DNA of 63,710 nt, filler included, from Chrysochromulina tobinii (Eukaryota): assembly GCA_001275005.1 (NCBI GenBank). It is 4 parts of 4 records of this genome, joined end to end, with 100 filler letters (N's around TTAATTAATTAA, not from the genome) between each part and the next. Parts side by side here need not be neighbours in the genome. Positions count along the whole stretch, not along the records: positions 1 to 22,166 come from JWZX01001074.1; positions 22,267 to 43,273 come from JWZX01001077.1; 2 more parts are not named here. One strand, given 5' to 3'. Under the pieces are notes generated by a model. The model saw nothing but the letters and a program-made list of their open reading frames with translations, made no database searches and was not told where the DNA came from. The translations under genes and the position numbers were made by a program. Below are positions 11,428-22,569 of the stretch, in pieces. Numbering within the stretch: position 1 is the stretch's first letter; the number at the start of each line of letters is the position of its first letter.

Positions 11428-12471
11428 TCAGAGGCTGAGGAGGCAATGGCCGAGGAGGGGCATGAGTACGGCGAGGTTCTCGCGCACGGCCTTGGGCCGG
11501 CCGGGCAGGTTGACGATGAGCGTCTCGCCGCGCAGCCCTGCTGCCGCGCGCGAGAGCGCCGCGAGCGGCTCCACGCGCAGCGACTCGCGCAGCAACAGCT
11601 CGGTGATGCCCGGGGTAGGGCGCTCGAGCAACGCACGCGTAGCCTCGGGCGTCACGTCGCGCGCCGCGAGGCCAGTGCCGCCGGTGGTCAAGATGAGGTT
11701 GCATGGCGCGCAACCCGCTGGCGCGGCCGCGCCAGCTCCCGTCGGTGCCGTGTCGCTTGGCCGCTCACTCCACGTGCGAAGCACATAACGGATGGCATCG
11801 ATGTCATCCGGCACGCAGACGGTGCGGACGACAGTTAGCCGCCAGCCAGCGCCAGCGGGGCTGGCCGCGAATGCTTGCATGGCGTTCGCAATTTCGGGGC
11901 CAGAGAGGTCGGCGTACACGCCCTCCGAGGCGCGGTCCGATACCGTGAGGATGCCCAACCGAATCGGCACGGGTGCCGCCGGTGGTGGCGGCGGCAACGC
12001 GGGAGCGGGCAGTGCCGGCCGAGCGCATGCGGCGGCCAGCTCGTCCTCGGGCACGCAGCACACATTCGAAATGCCGCCCGAAGCCGTCATAGTCGGCGGC
12101 GGCGGAGCTGCAAGGGCGGGCGAGGACGCCGCGGCCTGAGGTGCCACCGCAACTGGAGGAGGCTTCTCGTGCTTTGCGTGGCGTGCCTTGGTCTCTTCGA
12201 GCCTCAGAAGCTGCTCATCGCTCGCCTTGGACTGGTGCGTCGTCTTCCATTCGTTGTACGTCATGCCGTAAACGCGCTCGCACGCATCCTCATAGCTCAG
12301 GCCAACGCCGGCGTGTGCAGCGCCGACATGGTACCACTTGGAGAGGCAGTTCCGACAGAATCCCGAAAGGATCATGAGCTCGATGTTCTGCACGTCGGTG
12401 CGCGCCTGAAGGTGTGCTACGAGCTGGCGGAAGGCGTACGCCTCGGCCTCGACCTGCGCCGTGGATTGCAT
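11428..12471 (-). CDS. Fusion of DUF1244-like domain and molybdopterin adenylyltransferase (MogA/Cnx1G-type) domain
   Basis: N-term AFRQLVAHLQARTDVQNIELMILSGFCRNCLSKWY..VYGMTYNEWK..HQ; C-term GILTVSDR..DLSGP..VPDD..LILTTGGTGLAARDVTPEAT..LSRAAAG..NLPGRPKAV. Confidence 0.88.
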   Translation of the reverse strand: MQSTAQVEAEAYAFRQLVAHLQARTDVQNIELMILSGFCRNCLSKWYHVGAAHAGVGLSYEDACERVYGMTYNEWKTTHQSKASDEQLLRLEETKARHAKHEKPPPVAVAPQAAASSPALAAPPPPTMTASGGISNVCCVPEDELAAACARPALPAPALPPPPPAAPVPIRLGILTVSDRASEGVYADLSGPEIANAMQAFAASPAGAGWRLTVVRTVCVPDDIDAIRYVLRTWSERPSDTAPTGAGAAAPAGCAPCNLILTTGGTGLAARDVTPEATRALLERPTPGITELLLRESLRVEPLAALSRAAAGLRGETLIVNLPGRPKAVRENLAVLMPLLGHCLLSL

Positions 12472-12849
12472 CGGGGGAGTTTTGTCGGCCGAGTGCTGTG
12501 AACACAAACATGCACACTTGTCGCAAAATTGTAGCAGCTGTGAGTGTACGTACGCCGGTCCGGTGTCTTGGGTGTCGAATTATAAACATTGGCTGTGAAC
12601 GCTCGCACAGCTCGACACGAAACAACTCATTTTTCCCTCGGACAGTTTACAATTTTCCTCTTTTACTTTTTCCTGAGCCTGCTTCCCCCAACGGGGTTCC
12701 GAGAGTTGTTCCTGTACTATCATAACACGACCTAGTTTATTACATCACCCATGGCCTCCAACATGTTGCCATGTTGTACACAGACAGGCACCAATATCCA
12801 TTTGCGACGGGCACAGGGGCACAGCCACACCGTGGTGCTGGCTTGAGCT

Positions 12850-13932
12850 GGGTTAGGGGGGGTTTCCTATACAAATTGGGGGGAGTTTCCTATACAATAC
12901 GTATCCTGATGTATCCTATATGTATCCTGCATGTATCCTGTATGTATCCTGCAGGATACATGTATCCCGAAAGTATCCTGATGTATCTCAAATGTATCTT
13001 AAATGTATCTTACATGTTCTGTTACAATCCAAGAGAATACATGTATCTTGACATTTTGCATGTATTTAACACGTATCCCAAACGAGTCCAAGATACATTT
13101 TGGGATACACATGAGATACGTTACGATACATGTATCTTGGGCGCTTCCTTGGTGTCACACTGGATACATGTCAAGATACATCAGGATACGTGTATCTTGG
13201 ACTCTTCATCACGATACATTAGGATACACCGAGATACAAAATCACGATACATGTAACTTGGACGCGTCATGACGAATATATGTATATATGTGGGATACAT
13301 GCAAGCATTTATGCGGGATACATGCGGGATACATGTATCTGCAGTGGTTCCAGGATACATAGAGGATACATGCGGGATACATCAGGGATACATCATGAGA
13401 GACATGTATCTCAAATGTATGCAAAGAGGTACGTATCTGAGGTGCAAGATACATGCGAGATACATGCATGTTGCATGATACATGTATCCTCATCAGTATC
13501 CTCAGAGGTGATCAAGATACATACAGGATACATCCGAGATACATAGTGAGATACATAGTGAGATACATGTATCTCAACTGCATCGAGGAGAGAGATGTAT
13601 CTGATATGAAGGGATACATGCGGGATACATGCGGGATACATGCGGGATACATGCGAGATACATGTATCCTCAGTGATAATCAAGATACATGCTGGACACA
13701 TGCGAGATACATGCGGGATACATGCGGGATACATGCACGAGGATACATATCTCGGGGGTTGGGGGATGTAACAGAGCATGTAAGATACATTTGAGATACA
13801 TCAGGATACATTCGGGATACATTCGGGATACATGTATCCTTCAGGATACATGCAGGATACATGCAGGATACATAAGGATACGTATTGTATAGGAAACCAC
13901 CCCCAATTTGTTTAGGAACCCCCCCCTGACCC
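12850..13932. mobile_element. Non-autonomous foldback/MITE-like element with ~175-bp imperfect terminal inverted repeats built from GATACAT/ATGTATC subrepeats
   Basis: Left GGGTTAGGGGGGTTTCCTATACAAATTGGGGGGAGTTTCCTATACAATACGTATCC..TCTGTTACA matches the reverse complement of the right end (..TGTAACAGA..GGATACGTATTGTATAGGAAACCACCCCCAATTTGTTTAGGAACCCCCCCCTGACCC); AT-rich against the host background; no transposase; no TSD found. Confidence 0.8.
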
Positions 13933-14303
13933 TTTGTATGTGGGGATGCACCATGCACGTATTGAAGGTGATTGCATATGGCACCACAAAAAAGCGCGGA
14001 CGCGTTTTCCGTCCACACGCACGCAGGAAGATGTCGCAGCAGCACCTCCCTCTCGAAGCGTAGGTATGGATGCTTATGCATGAGCAGCTTCGAGCCTGCA
14101 GTGCCATGCGCCCATGCCGACGGTGCCATGCCCCATGGCCATGCGGTGCGCGTACGGCCGTACGGGCGAGGTGGATACATCATGAGCGTGCTTCGGAGGT
14201 GAGCGGCTTCGGCTGATGAGTGTGTCCGGACAGTATGTGGAGGGTTAAGGGTTCCGCTCCAGTACCGGTAAAGTACCGGTAACCTGAACCCTTCGACGGC
14301 GCG

Positions 14304-15551
14304 ATGGCGTCATTTCCGTCGGACACGGCGCCTCTCGCAATCGTTCAGTGGACTCACACGCTCGTGATGAAGCCCATGCTGCTGCTTGCCCGCGAACAGA
14401 TTTTGCGTTCGTCCTTTGCCGAGCACCACGTCGTATTACACTCGTGTGGCGACTCCTCGGAATCATGTTCGTTGCTACTGCAGAAAGTCCGGCCACTCGT
14501 CGAGAATGTGACGTGCACAAACGCAACCGATGTGGCGAATGCTTTGCCAGCCTTTTCGACGATACGGTCCATATTCAAGGGTCGTTTTCATGGATCATTC
14601 ATGAACTACCAATTGAGTCTCGATATTCAGAGGTCGTTTGGCCATCTTCTGCCCAATGGCATGCACCCGCTGGACGTCGGGCAGGTAGGATGGTGTTGGC
14701 ACAGCTGCGATGCACCATACCTTCTTTGGTACAGTCGCATCGGCCGAACACTTCATCATGTCCAATTCTTCTGGTTCCTGGAGTGGGATGTCGTGTGGAC
14801 GGGCGACGTGACAGCTGTCCTCTCAGCGTGGAGTGCTCTGCACGAACGGTTCGACAGCTCGGAGAGGGTGGATGTGGTCAACCCCTCCAGAGCTCTGAAT
14901 GGTAGCGGCCGCGACAGCTATTTGGACGATGGCCGCCGGATCTACAACCACGACTTGCTTTGCCCCAATCCAGGGTGGGCTGTGCGCAGCTGGGGGCATC
15001 GGGAAAAGCGCAACAATTCTCTCGTGCCGCACACACATGTGCATCGTTGCGTGACAGAGGTCTATAGAGTCACGCACCGCCTACTTGGCGCCATTCTCGA
15101 TTTTTCGCAGCAGCCGATGGCGGGAATGTTCTGCGAGATGCGTGCGGCTTCTGTATGTGCTATGCACCCCTGGTGCACCATGAGATCGCTCTTTGATCGC
15201 GACCATCTGCGCCTCTTCCACACCGCAACACGACGAGGTAAACCACAACAGATCGCAGATTTGGACGCGACGGCCGCAGCTCCTTCGAATGCGGAGGTCC
15301 ACTTGGCGCGAACTCGATGGGTAGCCTCGTACAACCACGACGGCGGCGTTCAAGATGCCGCACTGCAAAGACTGAATCGTCCGATGCTCTTCCACGCTTA
15401 TAAGTGGAACCTGTCCGCATCACCTCCGGTGCTGTCGTTTGCACATCGGATGCGCCATCTGACAAGACCGTTTGAAGAAGCTCTCCTACGAGACGCCTCA
15501 GCCTACAGCAGACTGCCCTCGCCTCCGCTTGTCGAAGAAAGTCAGCGATAG
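14304..15551 (+). CDS. Uncharacterised protein, possibly DUF3405/glycosyltransferase-like
   Basis: 415-aa ATG-initiated ORF with FFWFLEWDVVWTG motif and Cys/His-rich core. Confidence 0.55.
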   Translation: MASFPSDTAPLAIVQWTHTLVMKPMLLLAREQILRSSFAEHHVVLHSCGDSSESCSLLLQKVRPLVENVTCTNATDVANALPAFSTIRSIFKGRFHGSFMNYQLSLDIQRSFGHLLPNGMHPLDVGQVGWCWHSCDAPYLLWYSRIGRTLHHVQFFWFLEWDVVWTGDVTAVLSAWSALHERFDSSERVDVVNPSRALNGSGRDSYLDDGRRIYNHDLLCPNPGWAVRSWGHREKRNNSLVPHTHVHRCVTEVYRVTHRLLGAILDFSQQPMAGMFCEMRAASVCAMHPWCTMRSLFDRDHLRLFHTATRRGKPQQIADLDATAAAPSNAEVHLARTRWVASYNHDGGVQDAALQRLNRPMLFHAYKWNLSASPPVLSFAHRMRHLTRPFEEALLRDASAYSRLPSPPLVEESQR

Positions 15552-15600
15552 CGTGTCAGACTGCCCTCGCCTCCGCTTGTCGAAGAAAGTCAGCGATAGC
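15509..15600 (+). repeat. Perfect 44-bp direct repeat spanning the stop codon
   Basis: CAGACTGCCCTCGCCTCCGCTTGTCGAAGAAAGTCAGCGATAGC at 15509-15552 and 15557-15600. Confidence 0.95.
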
Positions 15601-16491
15601 CGCACGACGAGGGGCGTTGTACTCGAATCTGAGACTGAGCCTCACTTCTGAGCTGGCTGCATGGCGCATGCCCGAAGGGCTTGCGCATAATAATCATCGT
15701 ATCGTCCGGCGGGGACCGCACCGCGCCACGGCCGTGTCGTGACGATCTGACGAATGAGCCCGCGCGCGGGCCCCACGTGCCTCACGTGGCGACGAGCACA
15801 CAGGCGCGCTACCGTGCAGCACCTACACAGTGTCATACCGTACCGGCCGGTTTGGCGGTCTGCGTAAGGTATGCGATTAAGTCTGGTGCGGTCCGGCCCG
15901 TGCCTCGATCGCGCGATCCTTCGGATTATAAAAGCCATACGAACATCCGATCCTACGCGGCGTACGGGGCGCAGCTGCGACCAAGAACCAAGCCATGCGG
16001 TGTCCACTCTTAACAGTAAGATGAGTCAGGTTCCCCCTCGACTAATATATCCTGTGCAACCGGTGACACAGACATCAGACTGGTCGCGCGCGCGGTCCTC
16101 ACACTTTACCGCCACCTACTACCGACCGGGAGCTCGGGTCTGGGTCACACACGTAGACGTTCCACGAGAGCCTCATCCATCATCGCACGCCATGCCATGG
16201 CATGCCACACGTACGGTAACCCTACACTCCGTACAGGATGCGCACGAGCCTGATCTGCCTTGCGTGGGCGGGCGGTCCAGATACACCCCTGCATCATGCG
16301 ACTGACTCGAGGTGGACGGTGTGCGCCCCTCTGCTGCGAGGATCCAGCGCCCCGCGCACACTGTCGAACCCATCAGCCGCGAGCGGACGAAGAGAGCTCG
16401 TTCCTGCGCCCGCCTGCATCACCAGCGAGCCAGCCCTGCCGAGCGACCCGGCAGAGGGTCGCCTGAGGGTTCGTTTGCTTGCATAGGTCGC

Positions 16492-17386
16492 TCACTCACC
16501 AGTTTTGAATAGGCGCTCGAACTTTTCGCGCTCGCTCGCGAACGTGCTCGTGTCGATGGATTTCCCCTCGTCGGAGGGTGCGTATCCACCCGCGAGGTCC
16601 CGACGTCCCTGCACGTCCAGCGTGTCGTACGGCTCGTCCGCCGCGGGTGTTTGTAACCGTTCGAAGGCGTCCTTGTCGTACTCATTCTTGGCCGGCGGCG
16701 TGATCAAGGTGCCCTTTGGCACGAGCGAGACTTCGAACGAGCCTGCCGAGCAGAATTTGGCAAGCGTGTCGACCTCCCACTTGAGCGGGGTCGCGAGGTC
16801 CTGCGTGATTCAGTGCACAGGGCACGCGTCGTGAGCACACGCCACCAGAGACGCCACTTGTTCAAACGGGCGAGCCGGCTGGCGGCGGCGCTGGCTGGCG
16901 AGGAAAGGGGTGGCGACTCACAAAGCCCTCGGCCTGCAGCAGCTGCGCAAAGCGCCCGGCGTCATCGTTGAGCTCAAAGGCGAGCACGTATGCGTTCGCC
17001 TGCGCCGCACGCCCCTGCAGGGTGTACACACCCTCGTCCTGCTGGCCCGCGTTGAAGATGAGCACGTATGCGGAATCCAAGCCCTGGAGCACGCTGTGCG
17101 GCGAACCGAGCCTGGTCGTTGAGGCGCGCTCGATCGCGTTGCGCAGCGATGCCTGCGTCGGAGCGCACGAGATGGTCGTGAGCCGTGTGGCACGCGGCAT
17201 GCGCCGAGGCAAGGCTCGCTGTGGCGTGCGGGCGGCGGCGTGGCGTACCTCGTCGGATGCACTCCACTCGGAGTTCATGCGCAGCGGAGCAGTGCGCAGA
17301 GGGTGCTGGCGCGCCGGTGTGCAAACATGCAGGTGGCTCGGCAACAAGTAGGCGCTGGTCGCGGCAAAGAGTTGGAAGGCCAACAT
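16492..17386 (-). CDS. DUF3110-like protein, probably plastid-targeted; introns 17153-17248 and 16801-16921; 3' end uncertain
   Basis: YVLIFNAGQQDEGVYTLQ..VLAFELNDDAGRFAQLLQAEGF|DLATP..LVPKGTLITPP; GT-AG introns keep the frame; signal/transit-like N-terminus. Confidence 0.75.
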
Positions 17387-17800
17387 GGTCGGTGCTTGAT
17401 GACGGCTGAGAAGGTGGTGAGTGCTTCGCAGTCCATCATCACCAGGTTTCGTCTTCACAGTTGGGCCATCCAAATCAAAAAAGGGTTTTAAGGTTTCACA
17501 GACGACAGGTTTACGTAACGACCCGACACGACAGACGCGACAGCACGCCCCCGACTGTAAACCGGCGGCCAACAGGCAAGATCACGAGACTCGAGAGCCT
17601 CGAGAGCTCAGGTCCGCGAGCTTCGAGCTCGAGTGGGAAACGAGCGCCACCCGACCTGCGACGCCGTTCCGTCGCCCTGCGTTCCATTAGTATCATGCCT
17701 GTGGTGAAGTCGTAAAGCGATCTCCCGTTGATGAGATCGCTCGAAAAACAGTAAAACCCGAAGCGTCGCTGTCCGCGTTGCCCCGCTCCGTCTTACGCCA

Positions 17801-20800
17801 ATGTCCCGGCTGCTGCTCAGTGCCGCGCTGCTCCTCGGCTGCGTGAGCGTGCTCGCACAACCTAAGAAGCGGCCATCGCTCAGCGGTGCCTCCTCCAAGA
17901 GCTCGAGCTCCGAGGAGTCGCTCGGTAGCCAATTGCTCACCGCAGTCCTTGGCAACGATCTGGTGCGCTCCCGCCGCGCACGCATCTCGCCCTCGGCCCG
18001 CAGCGTTGACGCACGTGCCACCTGCCCACCCGCAGGTGGGCGCCAGCGCCATTTTTGAAACCGTGAGCGAATCGCAGGCGGTGCGACTGGCCAACGCGAT
18101 CGACTGGCGTGGCAAGAGCGTGCTGATGCACGCAGCCTCGCGCGACTTTGCCGAGATGACGTGAGTCGCTCTGCACCGGACGGGCGTGGCCTCGCGCTGC
18201 CTGGGCAGTTCCCACTGCACCCTCTGCGCCGACGCCGCCAGCAGCATGGCCGCGGCGGGAGCTGCCGCGGCCGCAGCCCGCCGCCTCAGGCGCCGCCGCC
18301 GTTAGCCGCTTTGCGAGCCGCGAGCCGCTGCGTCCGCCGCCGCCGCCACTGCTGACGCTGGCGCTGATCCCGGCGCTGTGCCGCAGGAACCTACTGATTT
18401 CGCACAAGGCGCGCGTCGATGCGGCCGAGTACACTGGCGGCGCCACGGCGCTCATGCTCGCTGCTCGCAATAGCTCGCTCGCGACAGTCGAGGCCCTCAT
18501 CGGCGCCGGCGCCAAGGTTGGGGCGGTGACGCCACAGGGGACGACGGTGCTGATGCAGGCGGTGGCGAGTGGCAGCATCCCGATCGTGGCGGCCATCCTC
18601 GCCGCCGGCGCCGACCCGAACGCACGTGACAAGAGCGGCGCCTCAGCCCTGTCTCTCGCTGCGTCCCTCGGGCTGCCCTCGATGGTGCGGCTCCTCGTGG
18701 CTGGCAAGGCGGACGTGGACGCTGCCGACGCGCACGGCACGACGCCACTGCTGGTCGCGGCGGCGGCGGGGCAGACGGAGACGGTGACTACACTCCTCGC
18801 GCTCGGCGCGATGGTCGATGCCGTCGATGCGGAGGGCATGACGCCACTGATGGAGGCGGCGAGGGCCGTTGGCGGTTTCGACGTGGCGAGCGCCCTCCTC
18901 AACGCGAAAGCGAAGCCCGACCTCTTCTCAAAGGCTGGGTGCGCGGGGCCAGACCCTCCTGCGCGCATGCTCTCGCCATCACTGCGCTCGCGACGCCCTT
19001 ACGCCATCCCGCCATCCGCCCTCTGAGCGCACCCACCCTGTAGCCGTCCCTTGCATCCTCTCAGAATCTTCTGACGCGCGCGCGTTGGCCCCTCGCATCC
19101 TCCCCGCCCCTCGCCCCCCCTCCCTTCCCCTTCCCCCCTTGGCCGCTCGGCAGCTTCACCCCACTCTCGATGGCGGCGGGCACGGGCAACGGGCCAGTCG
19201 TCGCCCTTCTCCTCCAACAAGGCGCCGATCCAAACGCGCTCCATCCAGAAGGGTCGACCGCGCTGATGGCCGCCGCGGAGAATGGCTCGGTCCCGATCGT
19301 CAAGGCATTGCTCGGCGTGGGGGCGGACGTGAACACCGCACGCTACGATGGGCTGACCGCTCTGATGGCCGGCTGCGGACAGACGAATGTAGAGCTTGTG
19401 CAGACACTCCTCGATAAGGGAGCGCAGCCGAATGCGGTCGACATGCGCGGCGTGAGCGCGTGCCATATGGCGGCCGAGGTGGGCGCACTCGACATTGTGA
19501 CCGCTCTGGTCCAGGCGGGTGCCGACTGCACGGTGATGGCCCATGCGGCGGCGATCACGCCGCTGATCGTGGCCGCCGCGGCGGGGATGGAGGAGATGGT
19601 CTCTCTCCTCCTCGCGATCACAACCGACGTAGATGCGCTCCATGACGACAAGTCCGCCATGTCCGCCTTGATGGCGGCCGCCTCCAATGGATCCAGCCTG
19701 ATCGTCGATCACATCCTCAAGGCGGGCGCCAATGTCAACCTGCGCAACTCCGATGGTGTGACCGCACTGATGCACTCGGCTGTCCTGTCTCACCTCGACG
19801 TCGTCGTGCAGCTGCTTGAGGCGGGCGCCGATCTGCATGCCACGGACAATGACGGCTTCGACGCCCTCGTCGCCGCAGCCACCGGCGGCTCGGCGGAGGT
19901 GGCGCAGCTCCTTCTGGGCAAGGGGCTCAATCCGAATGTGATTGCGGGCTCGGGCGGCGCACCCCTCATGATCGCTGCCAAAGCCGGGGCCTTGGACTGC
20001 GTCAAGGTGCTGCTCGCGGCCGGCGCCGTCGTCGACGCCCTAGCGGCGCCCTCGGCCGCCTTCGTAGCCGAGATCGAGAAGCTGCAGGCCCAGCCCGACG
20101 ACGGGCTGACCGAGCCCGAGCTCGACGCCAAGCGCCAGCGCATCGAAGCCTACTTTGAGCAAGGAACGACCGCCCTGATGCATGCGAGCGCCAACGGTCA
20201 CCACGAGGTCGTCTCGGAGCTGCTCGCGGCGGGCGCGCAGGCGGGCTTGCGTGACAAGGATGGGCAGTCGTCCCTCGTGTACGCGGCCAATACCGGCTCG
20301 ACCAAAGTGGTGGCGCTGCTGCTTGAGAGCGGCACGGCTGACCCGAATGACGTCGTCGGCGACTCGGCGACCGCGATGCCGCTGCTCGTGCACGCTCTCG
20401 CGTCGAATGCGGAGTCACTCGCGGAGCTCCTGATCAAGCACGGCGCCCACGTGGACGCGGTGCAGGGGGGCGTGGCGCCGCTGCTGCTCGCGGCGCAGGC
20501 GGGCTCGACGAAGCTGATTCAGCTGCTGATCAGCAAGGGCGCCGACCTCACTGCCGCCTCGGACAGCGGCGTCACGGCCCTCATGATCCTGGCCGCCGCG
20601 GGCCATGTCCGCGGCGTGAGGCTGATCCTCGAAGCGGCCAAAGAGAATGCCGCGGCGCCGCAGCTGATCACGCAGGTCGTCGATGCGACCACCGAGAATG
20701 GCACCGCCGCGCTGCACACAGCCGCACGTCAGGCCCACGTGAAGGCGGTCGGCGAGTTGCTCGCGGCGGGCGCATCGGTGACGTTGCGGGATCTGGGCGG

Positions 20801-21110
20801 GCAGACGGCCCTGGGCGCTGCGTACGACGGGCTGCAGGCGGTGGCCAAGTATGTTGAGGAGGCGCTGCTGGAGTATGCGGCGACAGCGGACCGCAAGCTC
20901 GGTAACGATATGCTCGCGCGCGCGGCAGCGCCGCACATCGAGGTGATGGAGAAGCTTCTCGGCGCGGGGGCCGAGCCGTCGCTCATCGACAAGGAAGGGA
21001 ACACAGTGGATGCTCTACGGATCGTGCAAACGTACCAGAGCCTCGCCTCCAAGGCAGAGGGCGAGGCCGCCGACGAGGAGGCGGCCGGTGGCACCAAAGA
21101 CGAGCTGTGA
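17801..21110 (+). CDS. Secretory-pathway multi-ankyrin-repeat protein with C-terminal KDEL; introns 17963-18035, 18161-18386, 18939-19153
   Basis: Signal peptide MSRLLLSAALLLGCVSVLA; many GxTALMxAA ankyrin repeats; ends ..GGTKDEL*; GT-AG introns join the frames. Confidence 0.88.
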
Positions 21111-22166
21111 CGGCGCCGCTGACACGCGCGCGGGCAGACGATGATGGTGGCGGCGGCGGCAGCATGGGCTCTGATGCATGGGACGGAGGGCGCTCGGTAG
21201 GGCGCTCAGTGAGCGTTGGTGGAGGATCGACGGCCGACGGGAGAGATTATGCCGAGATCGGTGGCGAGATTGGGCCAAGATCGGTGGCGAGATTGGGCCG
21301 AGATCGACGGCCGACGGGAGAGCCCAACCACTACCCTAATTACCCTAATTAACGGCCGACGGGAGAGCCCAACCATTACCCGACCATCGCTCTCGTCGCC
21401 TTGGGTCGGCTCGCAGGTGTCGTGGGGCTGCGTGTCCCCTCTGTAGGCGCCTCATGCGAGGTGCGGCCAGGGGCACGCGCAGATCGCCCGCAGCCAGTCA
21501 AGTCAAGTCGCAGCCAGACGCGTCGCGCGTCGATGCCATGGGCATGGAGCGAATGGAGGGAGTGGACGTGCACACGGTGCATGCACATCGATGTATCGTC
21601 CACAGAAAAATCGCATACATCTGGTCTATCCGGTGCAGGCGTCTGTCTATCCGGTGCCGGCGTGGGCGCCGGGGTGTGCTCGGTGGGTGCGTGTGCGCTC
21701 CGATGCTCGCCGATACACCAGAATCGTCATGGAGTACTATTATTTTTAAGGACACACGCAGTTTTTATGGTTTTACGGGTTGAGACTGCGGGGGTAGGAA
21801 GTGCACGCATCTGCCGTGCTCTCCTCCGAGCTCCGGGACCTCGGCGTGGACCTCGCTCCTCGGTTCCCTTGGCGCACCTCGTCGTCTCGTTTGACGTATC
21901 CTCGTATGTCGTATCGTCGTTCTGTGACGTGTAAGTTTATTTCTCAAATCGTGTGCGCTAGGGGCCTCTTGCGAACCGTGGGCAGAAATTAAAAGGCCAG
22001 GAGTGCATCAGACTGAGCTCGGGAGGGCTTGTGGACACCTCGTGAGTACCTCGTGAGCAGCTCGTGTGCACAGCATGTGCCTCGCGATCTCCAAGCATGG
22101 GCATGTGTACCGAGACCGCCCCGGCCGCATACACATGCAGCTCGGCTCGCGCGACAACCGTACAGC

Positions 22167-22266
22167 NNNNNNNNNNNNNNNNNNNNNNNNNNNNNNNNNN
22201 NNNNNNNNNNTTAATTAATTAANNNNNNNNNNNNNNNNNNNNNNNNNNNNNNNNNNNNNNNNNNNN
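22167..22266. other. Assembly spacer (N-run with TTAATTAATTAA six-frame stop linker)
   Basis: 100-nt N/TTAATTAATTAA/N block, identical to the other two. Confidence 0.98.
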
Positions 22267-22269
22267 GTC

Positions 22270-22288
22270 ACCGCCGCCACCGCCGCCA

Positions 22289-22319
<31 letters not shown>

Positions 22320-22335
22320 AGCCGCCGCAGCCGCA

Positions 22336-22365
<30 letters not shown>
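22270..22365. repeat. (GCC)n microsatellite at a contig edge
   Basis: Imperfect CCG/GCC run. Confidence 0.85.
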
Positions 22366-22366
<1 letters not shown>

Positions 22367-22569
22367 ACACCCACCGAAGCAGTGCTAAAGTCGCCGGCTC
22401 CCCCAGTTAGCGCGCCGTCGGCGTCGCAATCTGCGGTTGCGATTGTGACGGCAACAGTTGTGGTTGCAGCTCTGCTGATCGGTGTTTTCGCACACGCACG
22501 AGCAAAGCGATAGTACTTAAGCCGCAGGGAATTTCGCCTCTTTTTCCAGTCTATTCACACCGCTTTCCG

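Noticed and set aside
12850..13932. CRISPR-like array, or the Tyr/Met/Cys-rich ORFs in this region
   Set aside because: No constant repeat with unique spacers and no cas genes; the ORFs are translations of GATACAT repeats.
15642..16486. Several short ORFs between the 415-aa gene and the DUF3110 gene
   Set aside because: No recognisable motifs; may be UTR or an unresolved last exon.
22167..22266. TTAATTAATTAA palindrome inside N-runs (also 43274-43373, 47071-47170)
   Set aside because: Artificial six-frame-stop contig linker, not biological; gene neighbourhoods across it mean nothing.
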